This document shows, piece by piece, positions 35,049-47,353 of a DNA stretch of 64,000 nt. Made by a program: the position numbers and the translations under genes. Position 1 is the first letter of the stretch. Each line of letters opens with the position of its first letter. Location of the stretch: the NCBI GenBank assembly GCA_951804945.1, contig OX638159.1, positions 41,416,001-41,480,000 of the forward strand. The letters run 5' to 3'. Below the pieces are notes generated by a model that was not told the origin of the DNA, did no database searches, and was given only the letters and a program-made list of their open reading frames with translations. The DNA is from Podarcis cretensis. Its lineage: Eukaryota.

Positions 35049-36477
35049 TAGAACCAATTATTTCATTGTAAACCCACAGGTGAGGCCATGCCTCTTAACT
35101 TCTGTATGACACCTAGTATAGTGATCAGCCTGATTTTAAGTAATAAATTAGGAGGAGGAACTTAAAATAATAATTAAAAAACCATGGAAACTGCTGTTTG
35201 GGATTTTCAGTATATGTCTGAAGTTGCAATCATGTTTACTAGGTAGTAAGTCTAACAGAATACAATGGGGCTCACTTCTTTATAAACCATGCTTAAGAGT
35301 GTCTTGCACTTTAATGAAAGCATCCCATAGATTCCTGTATTGGCTTTTGCATATTGCCAGGTGCTGCAGAGATTTTAAGACACTGCAGCAGGCATTTGGC
35401 TTCCCTTCCAAACAGTAGAACAGAAAGTGTTCTGGGGTTGTTGTTTTTTGTTGTTGTTGGCTCGGCATGGACAAACTGGGCAATTTCAGTTCTCTAAGGT
35501 ATTTGGAGGCTGCGTCTTGGTTCACGTGTTCATTCGAGAAGTGCAAACCTGGTAGTTTTTCATTAAAATGCAAACAAAATCAATTTTGTCCTCCATCTCT
35601 ACTTGTGGCAAATATAGTTGGGCTATGCTGTTATTTCAGTTATTCTTTTACGGAATTTTGTATGGAAACCACCAGTGTGTCATGTTCTCACAACCATTAC
35701 TGTCCAAGAGAAACCAATATTCATAATGCTTTCTAGGAATTTTTAAAACAGGGAAAGTGTCTGATTGTGTTGCAACTGTGGAACTTTCTTTTAGCATAGA
35801 TTAGAGTACGGGCAGTTTCTTGATTAGTGATTCTCTCCCTTTCCACAAACACCTCCCCCAGTGCATTGGTGGAACAGAAAATGTAGCCTGCAACTTGAAT
35901 TCCTGTGTTCCCAGGTTAGGAGATATATCTACTTAAGTCCTTCTGCTTTGATGACTGTAAATGGTTGAAAAAGTTTTAGTTCTCTCTTTGCATTTCAAGA
36001 GTCCGTAATCGAGTAAGATTTGTGCTAAATGCTTTTGACCCTTCGGACGAACATCATTTCCTGTTATGATGCGTTGCTTGCACTGCTTTGTATTTCCTTT
36101 GCACATTTTTTGCTGTCCAAAATGTTACATTTAATCCTCCGCTTCCAAGGGACAGATGCAAGGGGCAGTTTTCAGCACGAATGTATCAGAAGGGGAGGGA
36201 GAGCGCGGCAGATGTAACCCAGTTTTTATTAGATGGGTTACAATATATACAAACTATTCTGCATGCCTTCAAGATAGCTAATGCAGCCGTTTATGAAGCT
36301 ACGCCTGTAACTCTGTCATTAGAAAGTTTGCAATGGCAGTGAAACGAGCTTTGCAGATAGATGCTATCAGCATGTGCTGTGAATCAGCCATGCTTGCACC
36401 ATGATTGATGCTTTTGGGGCTTATCTAGATCACTGGATCATAGCATCGTGCCTTTTGCATTTTACCCTTTCTAGGAA

Positions 36478-37265
36478 ATTTATTTATTTATTGAATTTCT
36501 GTCCCACTCTTTCTCCCAAAGGAGCCCTGCGTAGCAAACTGGTGGAAAATGCTATTCAAAACATGTTTAGAACATTTTAAAAGGATTTTTAAAAATCTGA
36601 AAACATTTAAAGGCATTAAGAACACCTAAAAACATGTCAAATAATTGCATCACAGTTAATAAATTTAAGATAGCCGGGAACAGTCTCTTTCAGCCACCTA
36701 AATACCTAGGTGAACAGGAATGTTTCTTCCTAAAAATTAGTGAGGGAAACAGACCTTTCCCACCAGGGAGGACATTCCACAAACAGGGAATCATCCCTGA
36801 GAAAGTCCTGTCACCTGTCAGTGCAACCCAGGCAGCTCCTGGCAGTGGCACCCTGCCCAGAACAGGTTGTTCACTTAATTCCCTCCAGCCAGGGCACCTC
36901 CATCATATCAAGATTCAGCCTTATTGGCTATATCCAGTCCTTCACTGCTTCCAGACATTGGACCAACACCTGCACGGTCTCTCCTGAGTCAGATGGAATG
37001 GAGAGATAGAGCTGTGTGTCATCAGTATGCTGACAACATGGCTTCCCCCAAAAAATCTTGGGCAGTGCTGGACAACACCATGCTCCAGATCCCTGGACGA
37101 CAGCTCCCATGGTTTCACATAGATGTTGAATAGCAGAGGAGACAGAAGGGATGCCTGTGGGACCCCCACAACTCAACCACATGTTTGAGCAATATTCACC
37201 TAGTGCTGTTTTCTAGTAATGGCCTGATAGGTAGGAGCAGAGCCACCACAATACAGTGCCTTCAA
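36478..37265 (-). mobile_element. Degraded L2 LINE with reverse transcriptase remnant
   Basis: Minus-strand frames give GVPQASLLSPLLFNIYVKP and HTDDTQLYLS (the GVPQGS and YADD RT motifs), frameshifted. An L2-type 3' tail lies at about 36480. Confidence 0.88.
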
Positions 37266-38067
37266 CTTCCTCAGTTGCTATCCTGATTAGACATCTTCAA
37301 ATAGAACCAGATAAAGCAATGAATATAACTTTGCTTCCCAGAGTTTCTTAGGAAAGAGGGATTGGTTGTAGCTCTGAGAATTGTCAGGTACCTCCTGACA
37401 ACTTTCAGGGCCCTTAAGAAACTAAACTGCCCAAGATTTTTTTGGGGGAAGCCATGGCTGATTAAAGTAGAATAATGCTGCTTTAGTGCGGGTGGGGCCC
37501 AGAAGAAAAAAACTGGCCCCATAAAGCTCTGTTGGAGCTTCTAAATGTTCAAAGAAGGGAGGAATGCAAAACCACGCTTTGGTTCATTCATGGTATCCCT
37601 TTCGTGATTTGAACTTTGTTGCATACATAGCTATGGTTTTGGCTATGTACTGTGTATCCACATCTGGACTGCCAACTGCAGAGGCCTTTTGGGATACTAG
37701 ACTAGATAATTGGGCTTGGATAAATGAGATTCTTTTTAAAAAGCATCTCTAGTGTCTCTCTTCAAGGCAAAGTAGAAAATCTAATGCTTTTTCCATCATT
37801 AGCATGTTTAGGGTCATGTTCGCAGCACTTATAAACATTGGCAATGTGAGTGTGACACTTTACTGGTTAGAAAATAGATACTCGGACAGAGACTGTTTTG
37901 GAAAGTTTTTGCAGGGAATGTTTCTGGTCACACAGACACTGAAATCTATCTTTCATTGCTACAGTGCTTCCTATTCAACCTGTTGAACCATTTTGCAACC
38001 TCTTCCCCAAGCAGTTATTGCTAGCCTGCCACAGAAACAATTCTTGTTCACAGAGGTGGAGTTAGCT

Positions 38068-38852
38068 TAAGGTTACCAGATTTTTTTTCAAAGAATCCAG
38101 GGACACTTTTTTTTTTTAAAAAAAAAGAGAGAAAAAAAGTTATTTTTAAAAAGTTGATATTTTTTTAAAAAAAGATGTAACATCTTCTCTTCTGTGGTCT
38201 CCTCTGTTGCATGGCCTTCCTCTGGACCCCGGCCTGCTCTCTTGGAGTGCCAGCTGCCATGGAGTAGGCTCAGGTCGGGCCTGGGCTCGGCCACATGTCC
38301 TTGCCCTCCCGGTGCTCCCCTACCTCCCCTCATAGGCGGCAGCGGCAAGGTCAGGGCTCCCCTCTTTTCTCTCCTTCCTTCTCCTTCTCCCTGCGTTGGC
38401 TCCAGGGTTCTCCTGGCTCCAGAGCACCGCTGGGCAGTCGGCTGGGTGGCCAGGCGTTCTCGCTCCTGGCTCGATTTGGGTCATGGGGCGGGGGTCAAAG
38501 GTTCCCCCAGTTGGCATGCTGGGCATCCTTGGTTCCCCCTCAGCAATGGCAGCGGCAGTCTCAGCAGCCCAGAGCCAGCCTGGTAGTGTAGTTGGCTCTG
38601 GCTGGCTTCAGGAGTTGCCTGCTGCCGTGGCGCCCGCCATTTTGCCTCGGCGGAAGTCCCCATATGATGTGTCTTGTGCCTTTGAACCAATCACGCAACA
38701 TTCATTCCCTAGTAATAAATCTGCAACACTTAAAATAAAAATCCGGGGACGTTAAATGAAATCCAGGGACATCCTGGGGATGGATTTTCTCCGGGGACAG
38801 ATTTTTAAATCCAGGGACTCTCCCCAGGAAATGGGGACGTCTGGTAACCATC
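38068..38852. mobile_element. Non-autonomous hAT-type element, copy 1 (785 bp)
   Basis: TIRs TAAGGTTACCAGA / TCTGGTAACCATC, 8-bp TSD AGTTAGCT/AGCTAGCT, subterminal (AAATCC)GGGGAC repeats. Confidence 0.88.
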
Positions 38853-39142
38853 AGCTAGCTGCTCTGGCACCCGGAGTGGCGCACATGCTGTGCACCGGTG
38901 GGGGCTTGGCAAGACTGCTAGGGGAGCGCCACCCACAGTAAGCATCCCAGGGGGTGGCACGGCAATGTCACCCCCCTCAGGGATGACACCCGAGGAAGGC
39001 TTCACCTACTGCACCCCCTTTCTTTGCCAGTGCTTGTTTAAACAGGTATAGGAATAAATTATACTTTTTGGGGGTATGCAGTCATTGGAAGTTTGCTTCT
39101 TGGACTTGGTCTCAAATGGGGATTCTAGGCATTGCTCTGGAT

Positions 39143-39279
39143 CCGGCTTCCTCAACCTCAGCCCTCCAGATGTTTTGAGACTACAATTCCCATCATCTCT
39201 GACCAGTGGTCCTGCTAGCTAGGGATCATGGGAGTTGTAGGCCAAAAAACATCTGGAGGGCCGAGATGGAGGAAGCCTA
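39143..39279. mobile_element. hAT MITE (137 bp hairpin)
   Basis: Arms ggcttcctcaacctc-gccctccagatg / catctggagggccgagatggaggaagcc; perfect 8-bp TSD CTCTGGAT. Confidence 0.9.
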
Positions 39280-40217
39280 CTCTGGATGAACTGGAGGAGT
39301 GAAAGGCATATGGGTGCCTGCATTGCTTTTTATGTGCCTCTTGGTGGGTTTGAGGATTGTACTCAACGCTTTGGTCAAAGCTAACTTTTTGCCCTGTTGC
39401 TTGCTCTGCTGTTCCAGGCTTTCCACCTGTGGTGACGGGCTCTGATGATGGTCCATCTTAACAGAATGCAGCGTATGCAATGTCTTAGGTTTGCAGGCAT
39501 AACATCTCTGCAATTGTCACATGACCCCTGCCATTTTTCAGCTATGGTATCCCGCCTGTGTGATACTCCCCCAAGTGCCAAATTTGGTGCACGTTTTTTA
39601 TTCAAGGTAAATAACTTTTTATTTGTGTAGGCCTCCGGCCTTCTAGCATGTGCCACCGAAGCTGGTTTTAACCAGAAATCAGTACTTTATTTTTACTGTT
39701 TTGGTTCCTCAGATATATTTCTGTTGAGTCAATAGAATGCACTGCTGTTTCCACTTTGATTAATTTACCTAAAACATTTTTTTATTAAAAAATAAAATAA
39801 AGCATTTTAATTTTACCCTTTGGCTGAAAAAGATTTCCAGAGTGGTTTACAGATGACCAGATAGTTCCTGGCATTAGCCTTGCCATCTGAAAGGCCCAAC
39901 ACCAAAGGAAAAAGGGACTGAAAGTTTCTGTGTTTGATATCTGATCTGGAAGTTTTATTAAGCTGGAGGGTTGTTTATAAATGTATTACAAACTCTATAG
40001 TGCAGGTAAAGCAAAATCCTATGAAATACTATCCTGTAAACCAACACTTGGTTTGAAATAAAGGCTTGAGGTATGTATATCTGCCTTAAGAGTTTCCACT
40101 TAGGCCTGCTTTTTATCTGGAGAAAATTCAGCGTCATTTGCTTCAAATGAGCTCAGCGATCTCTTTCTCTTGAATCCTCTTTCATCTCTTTGCAGCTTAA
40201 CGCTTTCTTTGGAAAAA

Positions 40218-40219
<2 letters not shown>

Positions 40220-40252
<33 letters not shown>
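40220..40252. repeat. (CA)n microsatellite
   Basis: Directly visible; another is at 44377-44413. Confidence 0.95.
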
Positions 40253-40255
<3 letters not shown>

Positions 40256-40826
40256 TAATCACAAATGTATCTGCTTTTTTGTTTATCTCTTTCTGCTTTG
40301 GGGAGTATACTTTCTCAGGACAGTCTCTTCTCTGCCAGAAAAATAGCTGGCTGTATTTTCCCTGCTTTGATATAAACAATTTATTGTATAAAGAAAATGT
40401 TTTGTCATATTTCATGATATAGTGCTATTAAAGCTATTTCTGGATCTATCCAAAGCCGTCTTGGAGAAACACAAGGCTCTTGTTTTGAAACTTTCACGTT
40501 GGCTGCAATTAGGTATCCCATGCTATGATGAAGACAGCCATTGTGGTGGTGGTGTTAGCGTGGTGACAACAGTCTGGGTTTCAATCTTCACTTAGCCACA
40601 AAGCTCATTGCATGACTCTGAGGTATCATAATCTCTCAGCCTCACAGGGTAATTGTGAGGATAAAATGGCGGGGAGGTGGTAGAGGGAAACCTTTGTTGT
40701 TGTTTCCAATCTCCTTGGAAGAAGGGCAGGCATAAAAATGTAATAAACAATACCACAATGTAAGCAGCTTGCAGTGATTAATTTCCAACACACCACAGCT
40801 CAGACTTATTAGAAGCCCCTGAAATA

Positions 40827-41052
40827 CAGTGGTACCTTGGGTTAAGAACTTAATTCGTTCTGGAGGTCCGTTCTTAACCTGAAACTGTTCTTAACCTGAA
40901 GCACCACTTTAGCTAATGGGGCCTCCCACTGCCACCATGCCACCGCCACACAATTTCTGTTCTCATCCTGAAGCAAATTTCTTAACCCGAGGTACTATTT
41001 TTGGGTTAGTGGAGTCTGTAACCTGAAGCGTCTGTAACCCGAGGTACCACTG
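40827..41052 (-). mobile_element. Tc1/mariner MITE, family A copy 5
   Basis: Same TIRs; TA TSD; reverse orientation. Confidence 0.92.
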
Positions 41053-43744
41053 TAATTGCCTCCTTCACACATAACACTAAGTCAAACCTATGGCTTAGTG
41101 TGAAAGAACAAGTAGGCTGGTGCACACCAAGAAAATCGTGGCTGATTTGCTCCTTTCACTCAATTCTGTTGCGGTGCTGCCAGGAGATGAGCCATGATTT
41201 GGCTCAGTATTGCATCAGAACCTGGGCTCATGGGTTATCTCCCAAAGCCCTAAGTGGCTTTGGCCTTGTATACCTGAAGGCGTGTCACCGCATCGTTCAG
41301 CCCAGACACTGAGGTCCAGCTCTGAGGGCCTTCTGATGGTTCCCTCGCTTCGAGAAGTGAAGTTACAGATGTGAGAGGAGCTTAGCAGGCACACCAAGCC
41401 ATCGTTTGGTTTTGTGTTACCTGCAGGCCAGGCCAATGTGTGTTGCAGTGCTTTGAATGCTAGAAATGTACAACATGGATGCTGTTTTCCCACAGGTTTT
41501 GTGGAAGCCTTTGCACAAATAACTATATGCATGAGGGCTTCTAGGCTACAGTGCTATATTTGCACATGCAGGATCAGGGATGAGGCTGATCAGTGTGGCT
41601 GTGCTCATTGATCACATATTGATAAACTTGGGAGCTGTAATGCTATAATATTTCCTGTTATCAGTTCTAGTTGTATAATAATAGTGCTGAGATAGAAAAG
41701 TGTTCCCTGTTAAAAGTCCTGCAGGTGGACTAGTATCTAGTGGGGTCAGATTTGGGTCTGTGTTGGCCAGTTCAGATTTCCTCTCTGTCAGATTTCTTTT
41801 CTATGATTCTGTTTTGGATTGCTTTTTCTGCCATGCCACTTCACTGAGGAAATTATGAATTTGATGCAGTGTGGGGGAAAATTGAAGGATTTTGTCTCTC
41901 ACAATCTCTTTGGTGGTACCATACCTTGCAAATACAGTTTTGCATTGTTTGATTACTGATTTAATTGTAGTGTCCTCAGGCTAATGTACTAATCTAATCA
42001 AGTAATTTTTTCTTAAAAATTCAAGTAATCCTGTTTCCCAGCTTCTGCCAAGACCTGTTTTAGAATTTAATGGGTCTCTTTTTATTTTTAAATTTTGAAG
42101 CTATGACCGTGTTTGATATAGAACTATCTCTTGTGTCTGTTTGCAGGTTTAACATTAACCATGAATTAATTAATTAACACATGGTAACCTTCATAAAGAA
42201 AAATTATGCAATTTGCCATAGTTACAGTCACTTTTAGAAAAGCCCAGATAAATCCTTTCAATTGATATTCAGGAGGAAAGGACCATGGGATTTTGGAAAT
42301 TGACCTTTTGAACTTTGCTGTCTTGTTAAACTTAAATTGTTTTAAAACCAAAAAATGAATACCCAGTGCAAAGTGTACATATGTCACTTAGAGCTAGTAG
42401 TCTTGTGCCAAGTAGGTGGGCACCTTGTTGGCAGAGAAAAGTTCCCATGCAGTTTGTTTTGCAGCAAATACTATGTTATTCTAAAATGTACATGGTTATT
42501 TATGTAATTTACCTAACTTATGAATTTAACATGTTTAAAGATGTAATTCTTTCCACACAATTTAAATGCAAAGGCCATTCAGGAAATGCATTTTAAGTAG
42601 GAAAGCTCCCATAATCAGTTATGTATCATTTGCTAACTGAACACACACACCAGTGAATACTCATCATCAGTATTCACTGGTTTGATTTCCGTTCCAGACA
42701 TGGGAAGAGTAAGTGAACACCATCAATTTCCATTTCTGTTTCTGTTTCTGTTTTCATGCAGAAGCTATATAAGAAGCAGATAGTTCTATACGAGTCAGTC
42801 ACTAAAAGATTTGAGATTCCCAAGAGAAAGAAATATATTCTGCACACTCTTGTTAATGTGAAATACACCTGTACCAAGAAGCTGAATTAACTAAGCCCAC
42901 TGAAGGACATGGAAGCCTTAACTGTATGTATTCACTTTTTTAAAAAGATACAGTGACACTTAGGGTATTTAATCCTTTCATCTCCCCCTCCCTGAACAAA
43001 ATGCCATGCACGATGTATTAACTTAGCTTGGGCTGATACTTGAACATCTGTGCTTCGTTTTGACAGATGGCTTGTCCTCTAATGTCCCAGACCAAAAGCA
43101 CAGTGTGCTGTCATTGGTCATTGTGTGTGTTTTAAAAACCTGGCTCAGCTCCAGCCTATTGGTGTATGACATTTGTAGCTGTGTCCTGCCCTGTGCCTGG
43201 AGATGTATAATGGAAGCTATCATATGGTCAGATCTTATCCGGGTCTAATTAGGGCAAATGGTTGTAATTTATTGCCCTGGCTATTTACAGATGACATTTT
43301 ACATAATGGTTATATGGCTGTCGCTTGCAACAACCCATGTAATGTATTGCAATAACAGTTACTTGGGAGCAGTGCTGTAACAGTCAGGGGATGATGTCTT
43401 AACAATAATCCCTAACTGAGGTTGATGCTGTATAAAGGAAAATAGGTTCTTCATACAGTTGAAAATACATGTAAATTGCACTAACTTCCATCCATAACCA
43501 GTGTTAGGAGTGAGCTGGATATTGTTTTTTAGATAGAGCTGAATTGTTGTTATTATTACTTTAGAAAGTAAGAATTTTCTATCCCAAAGAGTAAATCTCT
43601 TCTTGAAAACATCCAGATTTTAAGTTCCTTGAAGTATTGGTCACAGAATCTGTATGCTGCATACATTTTTACAAAATTCCTCTCTCCCATTGCAGTGTGA
43701 ATAATAAGTGCAACAATAAGTATAAATAATGGGATTTTAAAAAG

Positions 43745-44220
43745 CAGTAAGGAAAATGGCTTGGGCCCAGACTGCCTGAAAGATAACATTTCCCTATATG
43801 AACCTGCCTAGGTGCTAAGATCCTCAGGTGAGCACCTTCTATCGGTCCCATCAACTTCAGAAGCAGTGGTGGTGGTGACACGAGACGGAGCCTTTTCTGT
43901 GGCTGCTCCCATATTGTGGCATTCCCTCTAAAGAGAGGTTAGATTGGCTGCCTCTTTGTTATCCTTCCACTAGCAAGCAATGAACGTCCTATTCAGACAG
44001 GCCTTTGAAAACTAAGGGGCAGACATTGCAGTTTATGGAGCAGCTGTCAGGACAAACTGTGTTTTAGTTGCTGGTTCTGTATATGTTTTGATATATTTTA
44101 ACTATTGCTTTTAACTAGTTTGTTTTTCTTAGTTTGCATTATATGTTTTTAAATGCTGGAATCCCAACTTGAATTCCAGCGTGGGAGAAAGGCAGGATTC
44201 AAATACATTAAATAACTAAA
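43745..44220 (+). mobile_element. Degraded L2 LINE 3' fragment
   Basis: ggcttgggcccag...gagccttttctgtggctgctccc-tattgtgg-attccct...cctattcagacaggccttt followed by a T-rich 3' UTR. Confidence 0.7.
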
Positions 44221-44372
44221 TATTAAGGAAGATACACTGAATAAAAGATAAATAAGAACAATGGGCTGAGCCATAGGCTGTTGTTGCTGTTTTGCAGGTG
44301 TGAGTCAATTGCATACTGGCAAATTCAGGTTGGGCAACAGGAGTGGATATGGTACTTATGTGCCACAAAGCT

Positions 44373-44415
<43 letters not shown>

Positions 44416-45140
44416 GGCTTTTTGTGGTAAGGAAAGTTTTGGAAAAAATTGCACTGGAAAGTGGGGAATGAAAACTGCAACATGTATAACCTCCCTGCAA
44501 ACAAATCAAGATGAATGCTCTATAGCTGAGTTATCTGGAAGTGGCCTGAGTGCTCTTGTACATCACTTTTCACTGAGCTCATTTGTAAAAACAGAAATTG
44601 CAGGAATCTACATCACAGGGTTGCTGCAAGTATAAGCAAATTAAAATGAAGAGTGCAGTGTCCCTTTGTGTTCATACTAAAAAGAGAAGATGTGGTTGCC
44701 ACTTGTTTTTACTAGCCCTGCTCTTATCACCTGTTTAGTTTCTGTATGCCCAACTGCTTTTAAAAGCGCAGGAATGGAGTCAATAAAATCTGGTAACTGC
44801 AAGCTCCGATGAAAAGCAGCTATGTCAGACAAAAACAGCCAGCAATCTGATGTTAAGGGTGGTCTATTAGATGATAGTCCTCCATATTAAATTGCTGTAA
44901 TTGTACAGTGAGAAACAGAATTACCGAAAATCTGAAAAAAATAGTAACTGAACATAGGCATAAAATAGACGTCTGCATTTGATTTGATCAAAATATATTA
45001 GTGGTTTTTATGCAGAAACATGAATTGATGGTCTTTTTATTAGCAAGGGACTCACTTAAATTGGCAGGCAAAAATGGAATGATTAAAAGGCAGAAATAAA
45101 TTGGTTTCTACTTTTGGGTGGTGGTGTGGTGTTTTGTGTC

Positions 45141-45169
45141 TGTGTGTGTGTGTGTGCGCGCGCGCGCGC
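45141..45169. repeat. (TG)8(CG)6 alternating purine-pyrimidine tract
   Basis: Directly visible. Confidence 0.95.
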
Positions 45170-45994
45170 TACAGTTTCTAGCCAGGCTCACTTTTAAGTC
45201 AGTGGGCTTTTTAAATGAGAGCAATGAGACCTCACCTTGAAATATTTCTGAAAATATTGCCCTTTCATTCCCACTAGAGATCATCAGAGAAGGGAAAAAT
45301 TGGCCTTGGCATCTTTAAACTTGGATTAGTGAGAGCATTTTTTAAGGATTTGTGCTGGCTTTTTAGAACAGTGGGGAATTCTAATTTTAGGCTTAGAAGG
45401 ATATTAGGATCTCAGATCAATATCGGGAGAATTTCAAAGTATTAGGAGCGAAATGTTACATAAAGGATGCAATCTGTTGAGTTTCTGGGAGCTGGCATGT
45501 TATGGTAACATATCTGCCGAGAAGCAGCCAGGGATTCCAGTGTGTGTAATCCTCTTTATACAGGAACAACGGGAAGCTACTTCATCCTGAGTCAGACTAT
45601 TGGTCCTTCAAGCTTTGCGTTGTTTACTCTGGGCTCTCAAGGGTTTCAGACAAGGGCGCTTTTCCCTGTCTGAAACCTACTTGGGAGATGCCAAGGACTG
45701 AACATGGCGCATATATATATATTTCCAGTGCATATGGAATAAATTTGCTGTGTTCCAGTAAGGTGACCTACTTGTAAGCAAGCAACAACACCTAGATTGG
45801 AGCTTTTCAGTTAGTTTCTCTCTACAGCTCTTATACCAAGGCGCCCCCCCCCCCATTTATTTTTTGCTATTGGGGAGCAGGCTGGAGAACAATCAGCTAT
45901 GTATGTATACAGTGTTGGCTCCAGAATTGAGGGGGGAAGGGGCTCTTGGACAAGATCTGCTTCATAGGCCCACCTCCTCACCACTGTTGCTACC

Positions 45995-46300
45995 TGTCAG
46001 GAGCAAGCCAGCAGTAACTCATACCATGCAAGTTGGAGTTAACTCTTTATTAGCAAAAACACGATCTGCACAGGAGTGTCGGGCCTAATGAGCATCTCAT
46101 CTCCAGTAGGTCTTTCCCCCATGAATCAGTTGCTGAGAGTGAAAGTCTCTGCTTCTCCACTACCATCTAGGTCTCTTCCTCTCCAGGGCTTTTTCCAGAC
46201 AGTTGGAGGCTGTGCCTGCATTCAGTCAGTCTCTCCTCTGCTCTTTTCATGCCTCTTTTGGTCCAGGGAGACAAAGGGAGAGGGGAGCTTGTCGCAGCAG
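45995..46300 (-). mobile_element. Partial LTR related to the 7738-8286 solo LTR
   Basis: Begins TGTCAGGAGC, the reverse complement of the GCTCCTGACA end of the 7738 LTR; minus-strand AATAAA about 50 bp inside. The other end was not found. Confidence 0.55.
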
Positions 46301-46399
46301 GAGGGGCATCTAAATTTGGGATTACAGCATGCAGGGAGGGGTTGGGTGGTTTGATCTTTTTCTGCCCAGTCACCATCTTTCCCCAGACTCAAAGGTGAC

Positions 46400-47353
46400 C
46401 TGTGATAGCTCAGCTGGTTAGAGCATGGTGCTGATAACTCCAAGGTTGCAGGTTTGGTCCTCATATGGGACAGCTGCATATTCCTGCACTGCAGGGGGTT
46501 GGACTAGATTATGGTTACCAGATTTTTTTCAAAGAATCCAGGGACACTTTTTTGGAGGGGGAAAGAGGGAGGAAAAAGTTGTTTAAGAAGTTCCTTTTTT
46601 ATATATATATAAAAAAGTAATATCTTCTCTTCTGTGGTCTCCTCTGTCGTGTGGCCTTCCTCTTGGCCCTGGCTTGCTCTCTTGGAGCGCTAGCTACTGT
46701 GGAGTAGGCTCAAGTCGGGCCTCGGCTCGACCACGTGTCCTTGCCCTCCCAGTGCTCTCCTACCTCTCCTCAGCGGCGCAGCAAGGTCGGGGCTCCCCTC
46801 TTTTTTCTCCTTCCTCTTTCTCTCTCTTCCTTCTCCTTCTCCTCTCCTCCTCCTCCCTGCGTCGGCTCCGGGGTTTTCCTGGCCCTGGAGCATCATTGGG
46901 CAGTCAGCTGGGTGGCTGGGTGCTTTCACTCCCAGCTTGATTTGGGTCACGGGGGGGTCAGCTGATGCCCCAGTTGATCCCCCAGTTGATGCGCCGGGTG
47001 TCCCAAGTTCCTCCTTGGCAGTGGCAGTGGCAGTCTCAGCAGCCCGGAGCCAGCCTGGTAGCGCAGTTGTCTCTGGCTGGCTTCAGGAGCTGCTCACTGC
47101 TGTGGCGCCCGCCATTTTTCTTCACCAGAAGTCCCCATATGATGTGTCTTGTGCCGCTGAACTAATCATGCTACGTTCATTCCCTGCCAATAAATCTACA
47201 ACTTAAAATATAAATCCAGGGACGTTAAATGAAATCCGGGGACATTCCAGGGACAGATTTTTAAATCCGGGGATTGTCCCCGGAAAACGGGGACATCTGA
47301 TAACCATAGACTAGATGATCTTCAAGGACCCTTCCAACTCTACAATTCTATGA
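46400..47353 (+). mobile_element. tRNA-Ile-like/CR1-tail SINE split by a hAT-type insertion
   Basis: Head gatagctcagctggttagagcatggtgctgataactccaaggttgcagg...gggggttggactagat (to 46509); the tail resumes at 47309 as gactagatgatcttcaaggacccttccaactctacaattctatga. Confidence 0.85.
46510..47308. mobile_element. Non-autonomous hAT-type element, copy 2 (799 bp)
   Basis: TIRs TATGGTTACCAGA / TCTGATAACCATA; perfect 8-bp TSD GACTAGAT (46502-46509, 47309-47316); colinear with 38068-38852. Confidence 0.92.

Noticed and set aside
32330-37265. Intact or domesticated endonuclease/reverse transcriptase gene
   Set aside because: The CR1 endonuclease and L2 RT fragments come from different elements, are frameshifted and have altered catalytic motifs (GGFN, HTDD).
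38088-38755. Overlapping ORFs in the hAT cargo as a novel gene
   Set aside because: Frames are not preserved between the two copies because of several indels; high GC explains the lack of stops.
38068-47308. The two ~790-bp direct repeats as paired LTRs of one provirus
   Set aside because: Each has its own TIRs and a distinct 8-bp TSD, neither has TG...CA ends, and there are no gag or pol remnants between them.
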